DNA of 64,000 nt from Kofleriaceae bacterium. GTDB lineage: Bacteria; Myxococcota_A; Polyangia; Haliangiales; Haliangiaceae. Made by a program: the position numbers and the translations under genes. The notes under the pieces were generated by a model, which had not been told where the DNA came from, searched no databases, and was given only the letters and a program-made list of their open reading frames with translations. The stretch is taken from positions 215,837-279,836 of the forward strand of contig JAWKQX010000006.1 in NCBI GenBank assembly GCA_041389925.1, written 5' to 3'. Positions within the stretch are counted from its first letter, which is position 1, and each line of letters starts with the position of its first letter. Positions 28,215 to 37,291 of the stretch are shown here, one piece after another.

Positions 28215-29111
28215 ATGCGAACGACCAAGCTCCTCGCCTTTGTGCTGCTGGCGGCCGCCGCCTGTCAGCAAGAAGGTCCACCCAAGTTTCAGTTCTCCAA
28301 AGACGTCGAGGCTCCCGCTGCCGCCTCGGGGGACCTCGCCACGCGCGTCGCCGCGCTGGAGGCGGAGGCCGCCAAGAACAAGGAGGCCCTCGAGTTCCTC
28401 AACCAGGTCTTCGCGCAGCAGAAGAAGGCCTCCGATGAGGAAGAGCGCCGCACCGCCGCGCCCGACGCGGTCTTCGCGATCGGCATCACTGGAAACGCCG
28501 TTGACGGTCCCGCCACCGCCGCTGTGACGCTGGTGGAGGCCTGGGACTTTGCTTGACCCTACTGTGAGAGGGTCAGTTCGACCCTCAAGCAGCTGGTGAA
28601 GGAGTACAACGGTCAGCTTCGCGTCGTTTACAAGAACTTCGTCGTGCACCCCGACACGGCGATGGATGCTCACCTCGCCGCGTGCGCGGCGCAGGCGCAG
28701 AACAAGTTCATGGAGTTCAAAGAGGCCTTCTGGGTGAAGGGCTTCGGCGAGTATCGCAACACCCGCGACCCGAGCAAGATGGCGGAGCCGGCGCTCCTCG
28801 AGATCGCCCGGGGGCTCGGCCTCAACGCCGACAAGCTCAAGGCCGACATGCGCGGCTCCACGTGTCAGGAGCGCGTCAAGTCGGACCAGGACGAGCTCAA
28901 TCGGTTCGGCGTCGGCGGAACGCCGGCGTTCTTCATCAACGGCAAGCCGTACCGCGGTGGTCCGGACGCGTCCCAGTTCAAGGCCGCGATTGACGCCGCG
29001 CTCAAGCAGGTGCAGGGGTCCGGCGTCGCGGCGAAGGACTACTACCAGAAGGAGGTCCTCGAGAAGGGCGAGAAGAAGTTCCGCTCGATCAAGGACCCCA
29101 AGCCGAGCTAG
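28215..29111 (+). CDS. DsbA-like thioredoxin-fold thiol:disulfide oxidoreductase lipoprotein, predicted selenoprotein (UGA at 28554-28556 read as Sec within a U-P-Y-C motif)
   Basis: ORFs 28215-28556 and 28596-29111 are in the same frame and separated only by TGA. The translation aligns residue-for-residue with the downstream paralog across the TGA (...LVEAWDFA-U-PYCERV...LKQLVKEYNGQLRVVYKNFVVHPDT versus ...LVKAFDFA-C-PYCQMA...VKQLVKEYNGKLRVVYKNFVVHPDT). A hairpin sits 14 nt downstream. Lipobox: LLAAAAC. Confidence 0.65.
28557..28590 (+). promoter_or_regulatory. candidate bacterial SECIS element (stem GAGGGUC / GACCCUC 28568-28574 and 28580-28586, apical loop AGUUC)
   Basis: Perfect 7-bp stem starting 11 nt after the UGA, with a GU-containing 5-nt apical loop about 22 nt downstream. 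This matches bacterial SECIS geometry. The paralog lacks this palindrome because its codons differ (ERVSSTLK versus QMANDPVK). Confidence 0.55.
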
Positions 29112-29278
29112 CCCTTGGCTCTTCAGCCTCACTCCGGGAGCGCTGCGCCCGGAGTGGGGAATGGTGTTTTGCGTCTTTGCGCGCCGAAAGATTTTCTCAC
29201 TTTCTCGGGAATTTCTTTCTGAAGCGTTTTTGCGTTTTGCTTCTAGGCAAACGACGCGTTCGGCGCAAAGTTTCGCTC

Positions 29279-30199
29279 ATGCCAAAGACCAAGCTCCTCG
29301 CCTGCTCGCTGCTCGCAGCGATGTCAGTCGCCAACGCCGCGTGCGATGACACGCGGAATCCGAAGTTCGAGTTCAAGTCCGCCGAGGCGGCGACCGCCGA
29401 GGCGGCGATGGGCTCCGGGGACCTCGCCTCGCGCGTCGCCGCGCTGGAGGCCGAGGCCGCCAAGAACAAGGAGGCCCTCGAGTTCCTCAACCAGGTGTGG
29501 GGACAGCAGAAGCAGCAGCGCGAGGCCCAGGAGGCCACGGTGCCGGCGCCGGACGCGGTCTTCGCCATCGACGTCACCGGCGATCCGTATGACGGCCCCG
29601 CCGACGCGCCGGTCACGCTGGTGAAGGCCTTCGACTTCGCGTGCCCCTACTGCCAGATGGCCAACGATCCGGTCAAGCAGCTCGTCAAGGAGTACAACGG
29701 CAAGCTGCGCGTCGTGTACAAGAACTTCGTCGTCCACCCGGACACCGCCACCAACGCGCACCTCGCCGGCTGCGCGGCGTGGGAGCAGAAGAAGTACATG
29801 CAGTTCAAGGACGCCTTCTGGGAGAAGGGCTACAACGCGTACCGCTCGACGCGTGATCCGTCGAAGATGGGCGAGGAGAACATCCTGGCGATCGCCAAGG
29901 AGGTCGGCCTCGACCTGGCGAAGTTCACCGCCGACATGAAGGGCGAGAAGTGCAAGAAGCAGCTCGAGGGCGACATGGCCGAGCTGTCCAAGTTTGGCAC
30001 CAACGCGACGCCGTCGTTCTACATCAACGGCCAGCCCTACCAGAACGGCCTCGAGGTCGCCTCCTTCAAGTCGGTCATCGACCAGAAGCTCAAGGAGGTC
30101 GAGGCGTCCGGCGTGCCGGGCAACCAGTACTACCAGAAGGTCGTGATCGAGAAGGGCGAGAAGAAGTTCCGCTCCAAGAAGGATCCGAAGCCGTCCTGA
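29279..30199 (+). CDS. DsbA-like thioredoxin-fold thiol:disulfide oxidoreductase lipoprotein (Cys form, CPYC active site)
   Basis: FDFACPYCQ active site, signal/lipobox (VANAAC), 306 aa. Paralog of 28215-29111. Confidence 0.8.
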   Translation: MPKTKLLACSLLAAMSVANAACDDTRNPKFEFKSAEAATAEAAMGSGDLASRVAALEAEAAKNKEALEFLNQVWGQQKQQREAQEATVPAPDAVFAIDVTGDPYDGPADAPVTLVKAFDFACPYCQMANDPVKQLVKEYNGKLRVVYKNFVVHPDTATNAHLAGCAAWEQKKYMQFKDAFWEKGYNAYRSTRDPSKMGEENILAIAKEVGLDLAKFTADMKGEKCKKQLEGDMAELSKFGTNATPSFYINGQPYQNGLEVASFKSVIDQKLKEVEASGVPGNQYYQKVVIEKGEKKFRSKKDPKPS

Positions 30200-30378
30200 G
30201 CGCGTCGCGGCCGCTCGGGCCGCCTCGTCGAGAGGCGGTCCTGGTCTTCGGCATCAGCGAGCGCTCGCTCGCGCCAGCGCCTGTTGCGCTTCGCGCGGGC
30301 GGCCTCGCAAGACCTCTCATGTGCGCCGGGCGGCGGTGAGCGGCGCCCCGCGCGCTCGCCGTCACGCAGCAGCGGGGC

Positions 30379-31095
30379 TCAGCCCTCGCGGTGGGCAGGG
30401 CCAGGCACCGTCGGCTGGGCGCGTCCCTCGGGCGGTGGCCACGGCGACAGCCGCAGCTTGGCCGCGACCTGCGCGTCCGCGACCGGGTACGGCTCCTCGC
30501 GAGGCGTGAGCAGCTCGTCGCGCGGGCGTCCGCGCTGCTCCGCGACGAGCGCGCTCACGTCCTCGATCTTGAGGATGGCATCGCCGCCGACGCGCTGTCG
30601 CCGCTGCATGGCGCCGCGCACCCCCAGCTGGATCGCGCGGCGGGGCAGCGGCTCGCCGCCAGGACCATGGTCGGGATCCCACTGCAGCCGCACGTCGGAG
30701 TCGCGCAGCGCGTCCTTCCAGGCCTCTTCGCTCGACGCGTCCGACGAGCCGAACGTCGAGGCCACCGCGCGCGCCAGGAGCTCATCGAAGTATGCGCGCC
30801 GCAGCCAGATGGCGAGCGTGATCTCCTGTCCCGGCTTCTGGCCCCAGCCCGAGCGGAACATCATCCACAGGAAGTTCGGCTTGACCCAGCTCATGCGGGC
30901 GAAGCTGTAACCACCGCCAAACGCACCGTGGGCGGCCGCGAACCGCCCGATGCTGGGACGGTAGGCCTGGTAGACGACGACGGAGTCTGCGTCGAACTGG
31001 GCGAGGATGTGGCGGCCTTGGATGGGCCACTGGCGGAGCTGAGCCTGGTAGGGCTCGAGCGTGAGAGCGGAGGGTGTCTTGGTTGTCGTCGTCAT
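30379..31095 (-). CDS. DUF4291 family protein
   Basis: VYQAYRPSIG...FARMSWVKPNFLWMMFRSGWGQKPGQEITLAIWL matches the conserved DUF4291 core. Confidence 0.6.
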   Translation of the reverse strand: MTTTTKTPSALTLEPYQAQLRQWPIQGRHILAQFDADSVVVYQAYRPSIGRFAAAHGAFGGGYSFARMSWVKPNFLWMMFRSGWGQKPGQEITLAIWLRRAYFDELLARAVASTFGSSDASSEEAWKDALRDSDVRLQWDPDHGPGGEPLPRRAIQLGVRGAMQRRQRVGGDAILKIEDVSALVAEQRGRPRDELLTPREEPYPVADAQVAAKLRLSPWPPPEGRAQPTVPGPAHREG

Positions 31096-31274
31096 CGTTC
31101 GCGTCTTCAGTTTGATATTGTCGTTTGTACACTATCAGGTTGGTGCGAGCAACTCTTTTCGATGGGCCGCGCAGGGGCCGCCGCGGTCGGCGTCGCGCAG
31201 GGCTACCGCGTGGGCGCCCGAACATCCGGCGGTCTGCTGTATCCGCGGCGCCGCGGACCGGGTTAGATCGCCGC

Positions 31275-32093
31275 ATGTCGCTTCAAGGAAAGACCCTGGT
31301 CATCACCGGCGCGAGCCGCGGCATCGGGCTCGCGATCGGGCTGCGCGCCGCGCGCGACGGCGCCAACGTCGCCATCCTCGCCAAGACCGCGGAGCCCAAC
31401 CCCAAGCTTCCCGGCACGGTGTACAGCGCGGCGGCGGAGATCGAGGCGGCCGGCGGCAAGGCGCTGCCGCTCATCGTCGACGTGCGCCACGAGGAGCAGG
31501 TCGCCGACGCGGTGGCCAAGACCGTGGCGACGTTCGGCGGCATCGACATCCTCGTCAACAACGCCAGCGCGATCAGCCTGACCGGCACCGAGTTCACGCC
31601 GATGAAGCGCTACGACCTGATGCACCAGATCAACACGCGCGGCACCTTCGTGTGCTCGCAGGCCTGCGTGCCGCACCTGCGCAAGGCGGCGAACCCGCAC
31701 GTGCTCAACCTGTCGCCGCCGCTCAACATGGAGACGCGCTGGTTCGCGCCGCACGTGGCCTACACCATGGCGAAGTTCGGCATGAGTATGTGCGTGCTGG
31801 GTATGTCCGGGGAGTTCAAGAAGGACGGCATCGCCTTCAACGCGCTCTGGCCGCGCACGGCGATCGCCACCGCGGCGGTCAAGAACCTGCTGGGCGGGGA
31901 ACAGTCCATCCGCGGATCTCGCAAGCCGGAGATCATGGCGGACGCCGCGCACGTGATCCTGACCCGCCCGTCGCGCGAGTGCACGGGGAACTTCTTCGTC
32001 GACGACGAGGTGCTGGCGTCCGTCGGCAAGACCGACTTGACCGAATACGCGGTGGATCCGTCGGCCCCCCTGCTACCGGACTTCTTCTTGTAG
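31275..32093 (+). CDS. SDR-family NAD(P)-dependent oxidoreductase (HSDL2-like)
   Basis: TGASRGIGLAIG (Rossmann TGxxxGxG), NNAS, and the catalytic YTMAKFG (YxxxK). ATG 31275 is chosen; the annotated 31125 extension is low-complexity. Confidence 0.8.
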   Translation: MSLQGKTLVITGASRGIGLAIGLRAARDGANVAILAKTAEPNPKLPGTVYSAAAEIEAAGGKALPLIVDVRHEEQVADAVAKTVATFGGIDILVNNASAISLTGTEFTPMKRYDLMHQINTRGTFVCSQACVPHLRKAANPHVLNLSPPLNMETRWFAPHVAYTMAKFGMSMCVLGMSGEFKKDGIAFNALWPRTAIATAAVKNLLGGEQSIRGSRKPEIMADAAHVILTRPSRECTGNFFVDDEVLASVGKTDLTEYAVDPSAPLLPDFFL

Positions 32094-32176
32094 GGTCGCG
32101 GAAGTCTCGGGGGTGCCCTTGGTAGGTGCGATCGGGCGCGCTAAGGTGCAGTCGTCTGCTCGCAAAGGAACAAGCC

Positions 32177-32575
32177 ATGGCGACGATCGAGATCACGTCC
32201 GAGAACTTCAAGAGCCACATCGAGAAGGCCGGCATCCTGGTGCTCGACTTCTGGGCGTCCTGGTGCGGTCCGTGCCGGGCGTTCGCGCCGGTGTTCGAGA
32301 AGGCCTCCGAGACTCACGCCGACGTGGTGTTCGGCAAGGTCGACACGGAGGCGCAGCAGGAGCTCGCGGGCTCGGCGGAGATCACCGCGATCCCCACGCT
32401 GATGCTGTTCCGCGACGGCGTGCTGCTCTTCCGCGAGTCCGGCGCGCTGCCGCCGCCGGCGCTCGACGAGCTGGTCAAGCAAGCCAAGGCGCTCGACATG
32501 GACAAGGTGCGCGCGGAGATCGCGGCGCACGAGCACGAGCACGAGCACGGCCCGGGCTGCAACCACGATCACTGA
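32177..32575 (+). CDS. trxA: thioredoxin
   Basis: WASWCGPCR active site, AIPTLMLF, and an aaggaa RBS 7 nt upstream of ATG 32177. C-terminal His-rich tail. Confidence 0.85.
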   Translation: MATIEITSENFKSHIEKAGILVLDFWASWCGPCRAFAPVFEKASETHADVVFGKVDTEAQQELAGSAEITAIPTLMLFRDGVLLFRESGALPPPALDELVKQAKALDMDKVRAEIAAHEHEHEHGPGCNHDH

Positions 32576-32702
32576 GCGCCGGCCCGGCGCTGCGCCGAGC
32601 GGGCGCGGAGGTGCCCTCGATGAGCGGGCTCGTGAGGGCTGGCCGGCATCGACGAGCCCCGCGAAGCGCGAGCGCTCGCTCGGTGTCGCGGTGCGCGCTG
32701 GC

Positions 32703-34205
32703 CTACGACGCGGCGGCGCGCGCGGAGCCGGACACCGGGGCCTCGCCGTGCCGCGCGAGGTAGCCCTTAACGGACATCTTGCGCGCGGTGTTCGCCGAGG
32801 ACATGTAGCGGATGCAGCCGAAGATCGGCCGCGTCGGCGCCCACGGGCGATCGAAGCGCCCGAGCGTCCAGAAGATGCCGCTGTAGGAGTTGGGATCACG
32901 CCCGTCGAGCGCATACTTGTTGTTGAGCTCGATCATGACCCGGAGCGCCTCCCGCGGGCTCGCCGTCCACTCGAGGATCTTCTTGCCCCAGAGCATGCGG
33001 AGGTAGTTGTGGATGCGGCCGTGGCGCAGCAGCTCGCGCTGCGCCGCGTTCCATAGCGGATCGTGGGTCGCGGCCGCCTCCAGCTCGGCGAGGCGGTAGC
33101 ACGGCGCGCGCGGGTCGCCGGCGTGCTCGTCGAGGCTGCGCCGCGCCCAGTCTGGCAGCGACTCGTAGCGATCGTAGTCGGCGCGGTGGAACGCGAAGCC
33201 GTGGCCGAGCTCGCGCCAGGTGATGAGCTCGTCGAGGAACGCCTCCGACTCGCGCGGCAGGCCCCACCAGCCTTCGCGCCTGCCGGTGGGCTTCGCGTCG
33301 AGCGCGCGGCCGACGTCCCACGCCGACCGACGCAGCACCGCGGCGACCGCGTCGTGCGCGGCCAGGTGCCCGAAGTGCAGGTACGGCGACAGGCCGCTGG
33401 CGACGTCCTGGTCTAGCTGGTTGCGCCCGTCGGCGTAGCGGGCCAGCCGGCGCTGGAGGAACTCCTCGAGCGCCGCGGCCGCGGCGACGCTGCCGCCCGG
33501 CGTCTCCACCGGCGCGACCGCATGATCGATCGGCAGCGCGGCCAGCGCCGCGGCCGCCCCGTCGAGCAGGCCGGCGCTCGCCATGGGGTAGCGGCGCAGC
33601 GCCGCGGCCGGCGGCTCGGCGGCTGGCCCGAGGGGGAGGTGGCACAGTGGGTCGGCGACCGGGAACGCGTGCAGGTGGGGCGCGAGCGCCTTCTGCAGGT
33701 GACGGCGAAACAGCGCGGCCGATGGATAGGCGCGCTCGCTCGCGCGCAGCGGCAGCACGCCGCAGCCGTCCACCGAGCTCAGGCGCACGTCGAGCTGGGC
33801 CGCGGCCGCGGCGAGCATCCGGGGCAGGAAGAACCCCGGCTGCTCGTCGGTGACCACCGAGCACGCGCGCGCCGCAAGCGCGCGGAGCAGGCCGCGGCCG
33901 CCGCCGGGCTCGCGCTCCACGTAAGGCAGGTAGGTGACGCGGTGACGCGCGAGGGCCGCGGCGTTGTCCCGCATGCCGCGCAAGACGAAGGCGTGGAGGC
34001 GGTCGCTCGCCCAGGGGTAGCCGGCGCGGAGCGGCTCGACGACGAGGAGCGGGCGCTCGAAGCGGCGGCACAGCGCGACCGCGTGCTCGAGCGCGGGGTT
34101 GTAGCGGGTCCGGCGCGCGCCGATCATCCAGTAGAGGACGTAGTCGCCGCGGGGGCGCTCGGCAGCGCCGTTGCAGAGCTGGACGCGGAGCGCGGAGACG
34201 GTCAC
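32703..34205 (-). CDS. deoxyribodipyrimidine photolyase (class II-like, FAD-binding)
   Basis: YVLYWM N-terminus. C-terminal FAD-binding signatures: YLRMLWGKKILEW and NNKYALDGRDPNSYSGIFWTLGRFDRPW. Confidence 0.8.
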   Translation of the reverse strand: MTVSALRVQLCNGAAERPRGDYVLYWMIGARRTRYNPALEHAVALCRRFERPLLVVEPLRAGYPWASDRLHAFVLRGMRDNAAALARHRVTYLPYVEREPGGGRGLLRALAARACSVVTDEQPGFFLPRMLAAAAAQLDVRLSSVDGCGVLPLRASERAYPSAALFRRHLQKALAPHLHAFPVADPLCHLPLGPAAEPPAAALRRYPMASAGLLDGAAAALAALPIDHAVAPVETPGGSVAAAAALEEFLQRRLARYADGRNQLDQDVASGLSPYLHFGHLAAHDAVAAVLRRSAWDVGRALDAKPTGRREGWWGLPRESEAFLDELITWRELGHGFAFHRADYDRYESLPDWARRSLDEHAGDPRAPCYRLAELEAAATHDPLWNAAQRELLRHGRIHNYLRMLWGKKILEWTASPREALRVMIELNNKYALDGRDPNSYSGIFWTLGRFDRPWAPTRPIFGCIRYMSSANTARKMSVKGYLARHGEAPVSGSARAAAS

Positions 34206-34289
34206 AAGGCTGGGATGTCAGCAGCGGGCACGAGGTTACGGCGCGGGCGGCGGGATCTGCTGGGGCCGGGCTGCTAGTGTCGTGGCCGC

Positions 34290-37106
34290 GTGCGTCTCCG
34301 GCCTTCTCTGATCTGCGTCACCGCGGCGCTGAGCTGCGCGGGCCTCGGCGTCGCTGGCGCAGAGCCGACGACAGGTTCGACGACGGGGCCCGCTGGGCCC
34401 GGGCCGACGACGAGGCCCGCCGGGCCCGGGCCGACGACGGGGCCCGCTGCGCCGGGGCCGATGCCGGGGCCGACGGCCGCCGCGGCGGTGACCGAGGCGG
34501 ACGCTCGCCGCGATCTTTTCGGCCTTTCGCGCGCCGAGGTGGTCGCGCGGTGTGGCGAGCCCTCGTCGGACGACGAGGCCGACCGGGCCGGCGGCCCGGC
34601 GCCGATGCCGTGCGCGATGGGCCAGGACCCGCTCGCCCTGGAGTCTCCGCTCGGCTTGACGACGCGGCTCGGGCGCGCCGCGCTGCTCCGGTTACCCGGC
34701 GCGGATCTCGCCCATGACGAGCCGGTCGAGCTGACGCTCGGCGTGCGCGCGGACCCCGGCGGCGCCGTGTTCGCCGGCGCGTCCAGCCTGGAGAGCCGCT
34801 GGACCATCGAGGGCGCCCCCGCGGGCTCGCTGCGCACGGGCGCGGCGGAGACCCGGCTGCCGCTGCAGTTTCTCCGCGCGCTGCGCGTGACGTCGGGCGG
34901 GTTCGCGGCTCGCGACCGCGCGTCCAGCGGCGGCGTCATCGACGCCGAGCTGCGGCGCGGCGGCCGGCGTCACGTCGTCGAGGTCGCGGCGTGGAGCGGG
35001 CTCCAGACGGAGCGGCGACGCCGGCCGACGTTGCCAGGCACGTTCTCGGTGCTGCGCGGACGCGTCGTGGATCCCCGGTTCGTGGCGCTCACGTCCGTCG
35101 CGAGCGGGCCGCTGCCCGACGCGCTGGGCGGCAAGCTCTGGTACGCGGTCGGCCTCGCGCCGAGGCTGACCGACATCACCCTTCACCGCGTCGGAGAGCG
35201 CCTGATCGATCGCGACAACGACGGAGAGGTCGACCTCGATCCGTCGGGCGGGTTCGCCACCGAGCCGATCTCGCGGGCCACCACCGAGGCCACCGCCGCC
35301 GACGTGCCGTGGATGGCGCGGGTCGGGCTCGCGCGGCCCGAGCAGTCGCTGGAGCTGACGCTGGTGGGGCAGTGGACCACCAGCGCGCGCTACGATGTCG
35401 TCGCGACCCCGGAGGCCGTGGCGGTGGACCGCGACGCGCTGCTCGTCGACGGCATCGCGACGTGGCGGCGGAGCTGGAGGTCGACCGCGCTGCGCGCGCA
35501 GGTCGCCTGGCACCGCAGCGCGCGCGGCGAGCGAGCCGCGGACGCGCGCGCGGGCGAGGTCCCGCAGGTCCAGACCGCGTTCGTCCCGGACGCCGCCGAC
35601 GTCCCGCAGGAGGATCCGCGCTTCCTCGCGGCCTGCCGAGACGACGCGGACGACCTCTACCCGCGGATCCCCAACTGCCCGATCCTGACGGGCTGGTACT
35701 CCCGCGAGGGCGTCGGCCTGCTGACCGATCTCACCGCGGACCGGCCGTCCTTTTCGGCGGAGCTCGTGCATCAGGCCTCGCGGCACGCGCTGCGCGCCGG
35801 GGTCGACGGCGAGGACTCGCGGCTCGTCGAGCGCTCGCGCTACTCTGGCGGCAGCCTGGTGCGAACCCTGTTTCCGGGGCACCTGGATCGCACGCTCTTT
35901 GTAGACGGCCAGGACGTCGTCGAGTGCTCCACGAACATCGACGTCCCGTGCCCCACCTTGTCCGAGGTCTCGCTGACGTATCGCACCCGCGAGGTGGCCG
36001 CGTTCCTTCAGGACACGTGGCGACCGCGCCCGGATCTCGTGATCGACGTCGGGGCGCGCTGGGAGGCCCAGCAGCTCGGCAGCCGGCTCCGGTTCATCGA
36101 CAACCTGGCGCCGCGCGGCGGCGTCGCGTGGGATCCCTTCGGCGAGGGCCGCTCGCGGGTCGCGGCGTCGTTCAGCCGGATGTTCACGTCGCTGCCCACC
36201 GGGCTCGGCGAGCTGATCGACAAGACGCCCTCGGTGGTCCACGAGGTCACCGCGGGAGACGTGCGCGCCCGCGTGCTCGAGCTCGGCAGGATCGCCAAGG
36301 TGCTCGACGGGACCGGCCCGATGATCACCGACGAGGTCGCGTTCTCCGCCGAGGTGACCTGGCCGCAGCTCGGCGCGCTTCGGCTGCGCACGCAGCACCG
36401 CTGGCTCCGCGCGGGATGGGAGGACACCTCCGAAGGGTTCCACAACCCGGCCGCCGCGTCCCGACGAGTTGACATCCTCGGCGCCGAGCTCGCGACCTCG
36501 GAGGTCGCCGACCTCTACGCGCGCGCCGGGTACGCGTGGGGGCAGGCGCGCGGCTCGCTGGTCGGGGCGTTCGATCCGCGCCGCGGCGCGATCCTGTACA
36601 ACAGCAGCGACTTCGACGAGTTCGCGACGAACGCCCACGGCGTGCTCCCCAGCGACCTCGGTCACCGGTTCTACGCGGAGGTCGCGAGGCGGTGGCGCTG
36701 GCGCGGCGTCGAGCTCGACGCCGGCGGCCGCGTGACCCTCGCGAGCGGGCGGCCGCAGAGCGTGGTGGGCGTGAGCGATCTCGTCGGTCCGATCTATCTG
36801 TTGCCGCGCGGCGAGGGCCCACGCTTGCCCACCGTGCTCGCGGCGGATCTGCGGCTGGCCGCCCGCTGGCGGAAGACCGCGCTGTCGCTGCAGGTCCAGA
36901 ACCTGTTCAACCGCGAGCAGGTCACCGCCACCAACGAGGTCTACGCGAACGGCCTCCTCCTGCCGATCGATGGCGGCGACGCCTCGGACCTGACGTTCCT
37001 GAAGTCGGTCACGGGGACGCCAGCGAGACGTTCGCTGTCCTACGGAACGGTCACGAGCTACCAGCTTCCCTTAGTGGTGACCCTGGGCATCGAGGCGGCG
37101 TTCTAG
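34290..37106 (+). CDS. outer-membrane beta-barrel protein (TonB-dependent-receptor-like / OMP), with N-terminal Gly-Pro-Thr-rich repeat linker
   Basis: Signal peptide, repetitive GPAGPGPTT units, and a C-terminal beta-barrel pattern ending in an aromatic residue (...VTLGIEAAF), typical of OMPs. GTG start. Confidence 0.6.
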   Translation: MRLRPSLICVTAALSCAGLGVAGAEPTTGSTTGPAGPGPTTRPAGPGPTTGPAAPGPMPGPTAAAAVTEADARRDLFGLSRAEVVARCGEPSSDDEADRAGGPAPMPCAMGQDPLALESPLGLTTRLGRAALLRLPGADLAHDEPVELTLGVRADPGGAVFAGASSLESRWTIEGAPAGSLRTGAAETRLPLQFLRALRVTSGGFAARDRASSGGVIDAELRRGGRRHVVEVAAWSGLQTERRRRPTLPGTFSVLRGRVVDPRFVALTSVASGPLPDALGGKLWYAVGLAPRLTDITLHRVGERLIDRDNDGEVDLDPSGGFATEPISRATTEATAADVPWMARVGLARPEQSLELTLVGQWTTSARYDVVATPEAVAVDRDALLVDGIATWRRSWRSTALRAQVAWHRSARGERAADARAGEVPQVQTAFVPDAADVPQEDPRFLAACRDDADDLYPRIPNCPILTGWYSREGVGLLTDLTADRPSFSAELVHQASRHALRAGVDGEDSRLVERSRYSGGSLVRTLFPGHLDRTLFVDGQDVVECSTNIDVPCPTLSEVSLTYRTREVAAFLQDTWRPRPDLVIDVGARWEAQQLGSRLRFIDNLAPRGGVAWDPFGEGRSRVAASFSRMFTSLPTGLGELIDKTPSVVHEVTAGDVRARVLELGRIAKVLDGTGPMITDEVAFSAEVTWPQLGALRLRTQHRWLRAGWEDTSEGFHNPAAASRRVDILGAELATSEVADLYARAGYAWGQARGSLVGAFDPRRGAILYNSSDFDEFATNAHGVLPSDLGHRFYAEVARRWRWRGVELDAGGRVTLASGRPQSVVGVSDLVGPIYLLPRGEGPRLPTVLAADLRLAARWRKTALSLQVQNLFNREQVTATNEVYANGLLLPIDGGDASDLTFLKSVTGTPARRSLSYGTVTSYQLPLVVTLGIEAAF

Positions 37107-37291
37107 CCGGAGGTCGACGACGAGGAGCGTCCCCGCAGCGCGTCGAGCGCGCTCGGCGGCGCGTCCGCCCGCGGGCCGCGAGCTGCGCGCGGTGGCGGTC
37201 GTCAGGGCGGCCGCGCACCGTCGCGCTCGTCTGGGTCGCGCGTCGAGACGTTGCGTTTTGGTGGCCGCCTTCATCCGTGAGAGAGGCCGCG

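Noticed and set aside
28554-28556. TGA in the first DsbA paralog interpreted as a simple nonsense mutation or pseudogene
   Set aside because: Not fully rejected. It is disfavoured because the frame stays open and conserved for 185 codons downstream, the TGA replaces exactly the redox Cys, and a SECIS-like hairpin lies at the expected distance.
32576-32592. GC hairpin (gcgccgg-c-ccggcgc) right after the thioredoxin stop, and a similar one at 4225-4240 between the convergent hipA-like and ADH genes
   Set aside because: Neither has a downstream U-tract, so they cannot be called intrinsic terminators with confidence in this high-GC genome.
34692-36822. Minus-strand ORFs (657 aa and others) inside the OMP gene
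   Set aside because: Shadow frames with no motifs. The plus-strand protein has a signal peptide and a C-terminal beta-barrel ending in Phe.
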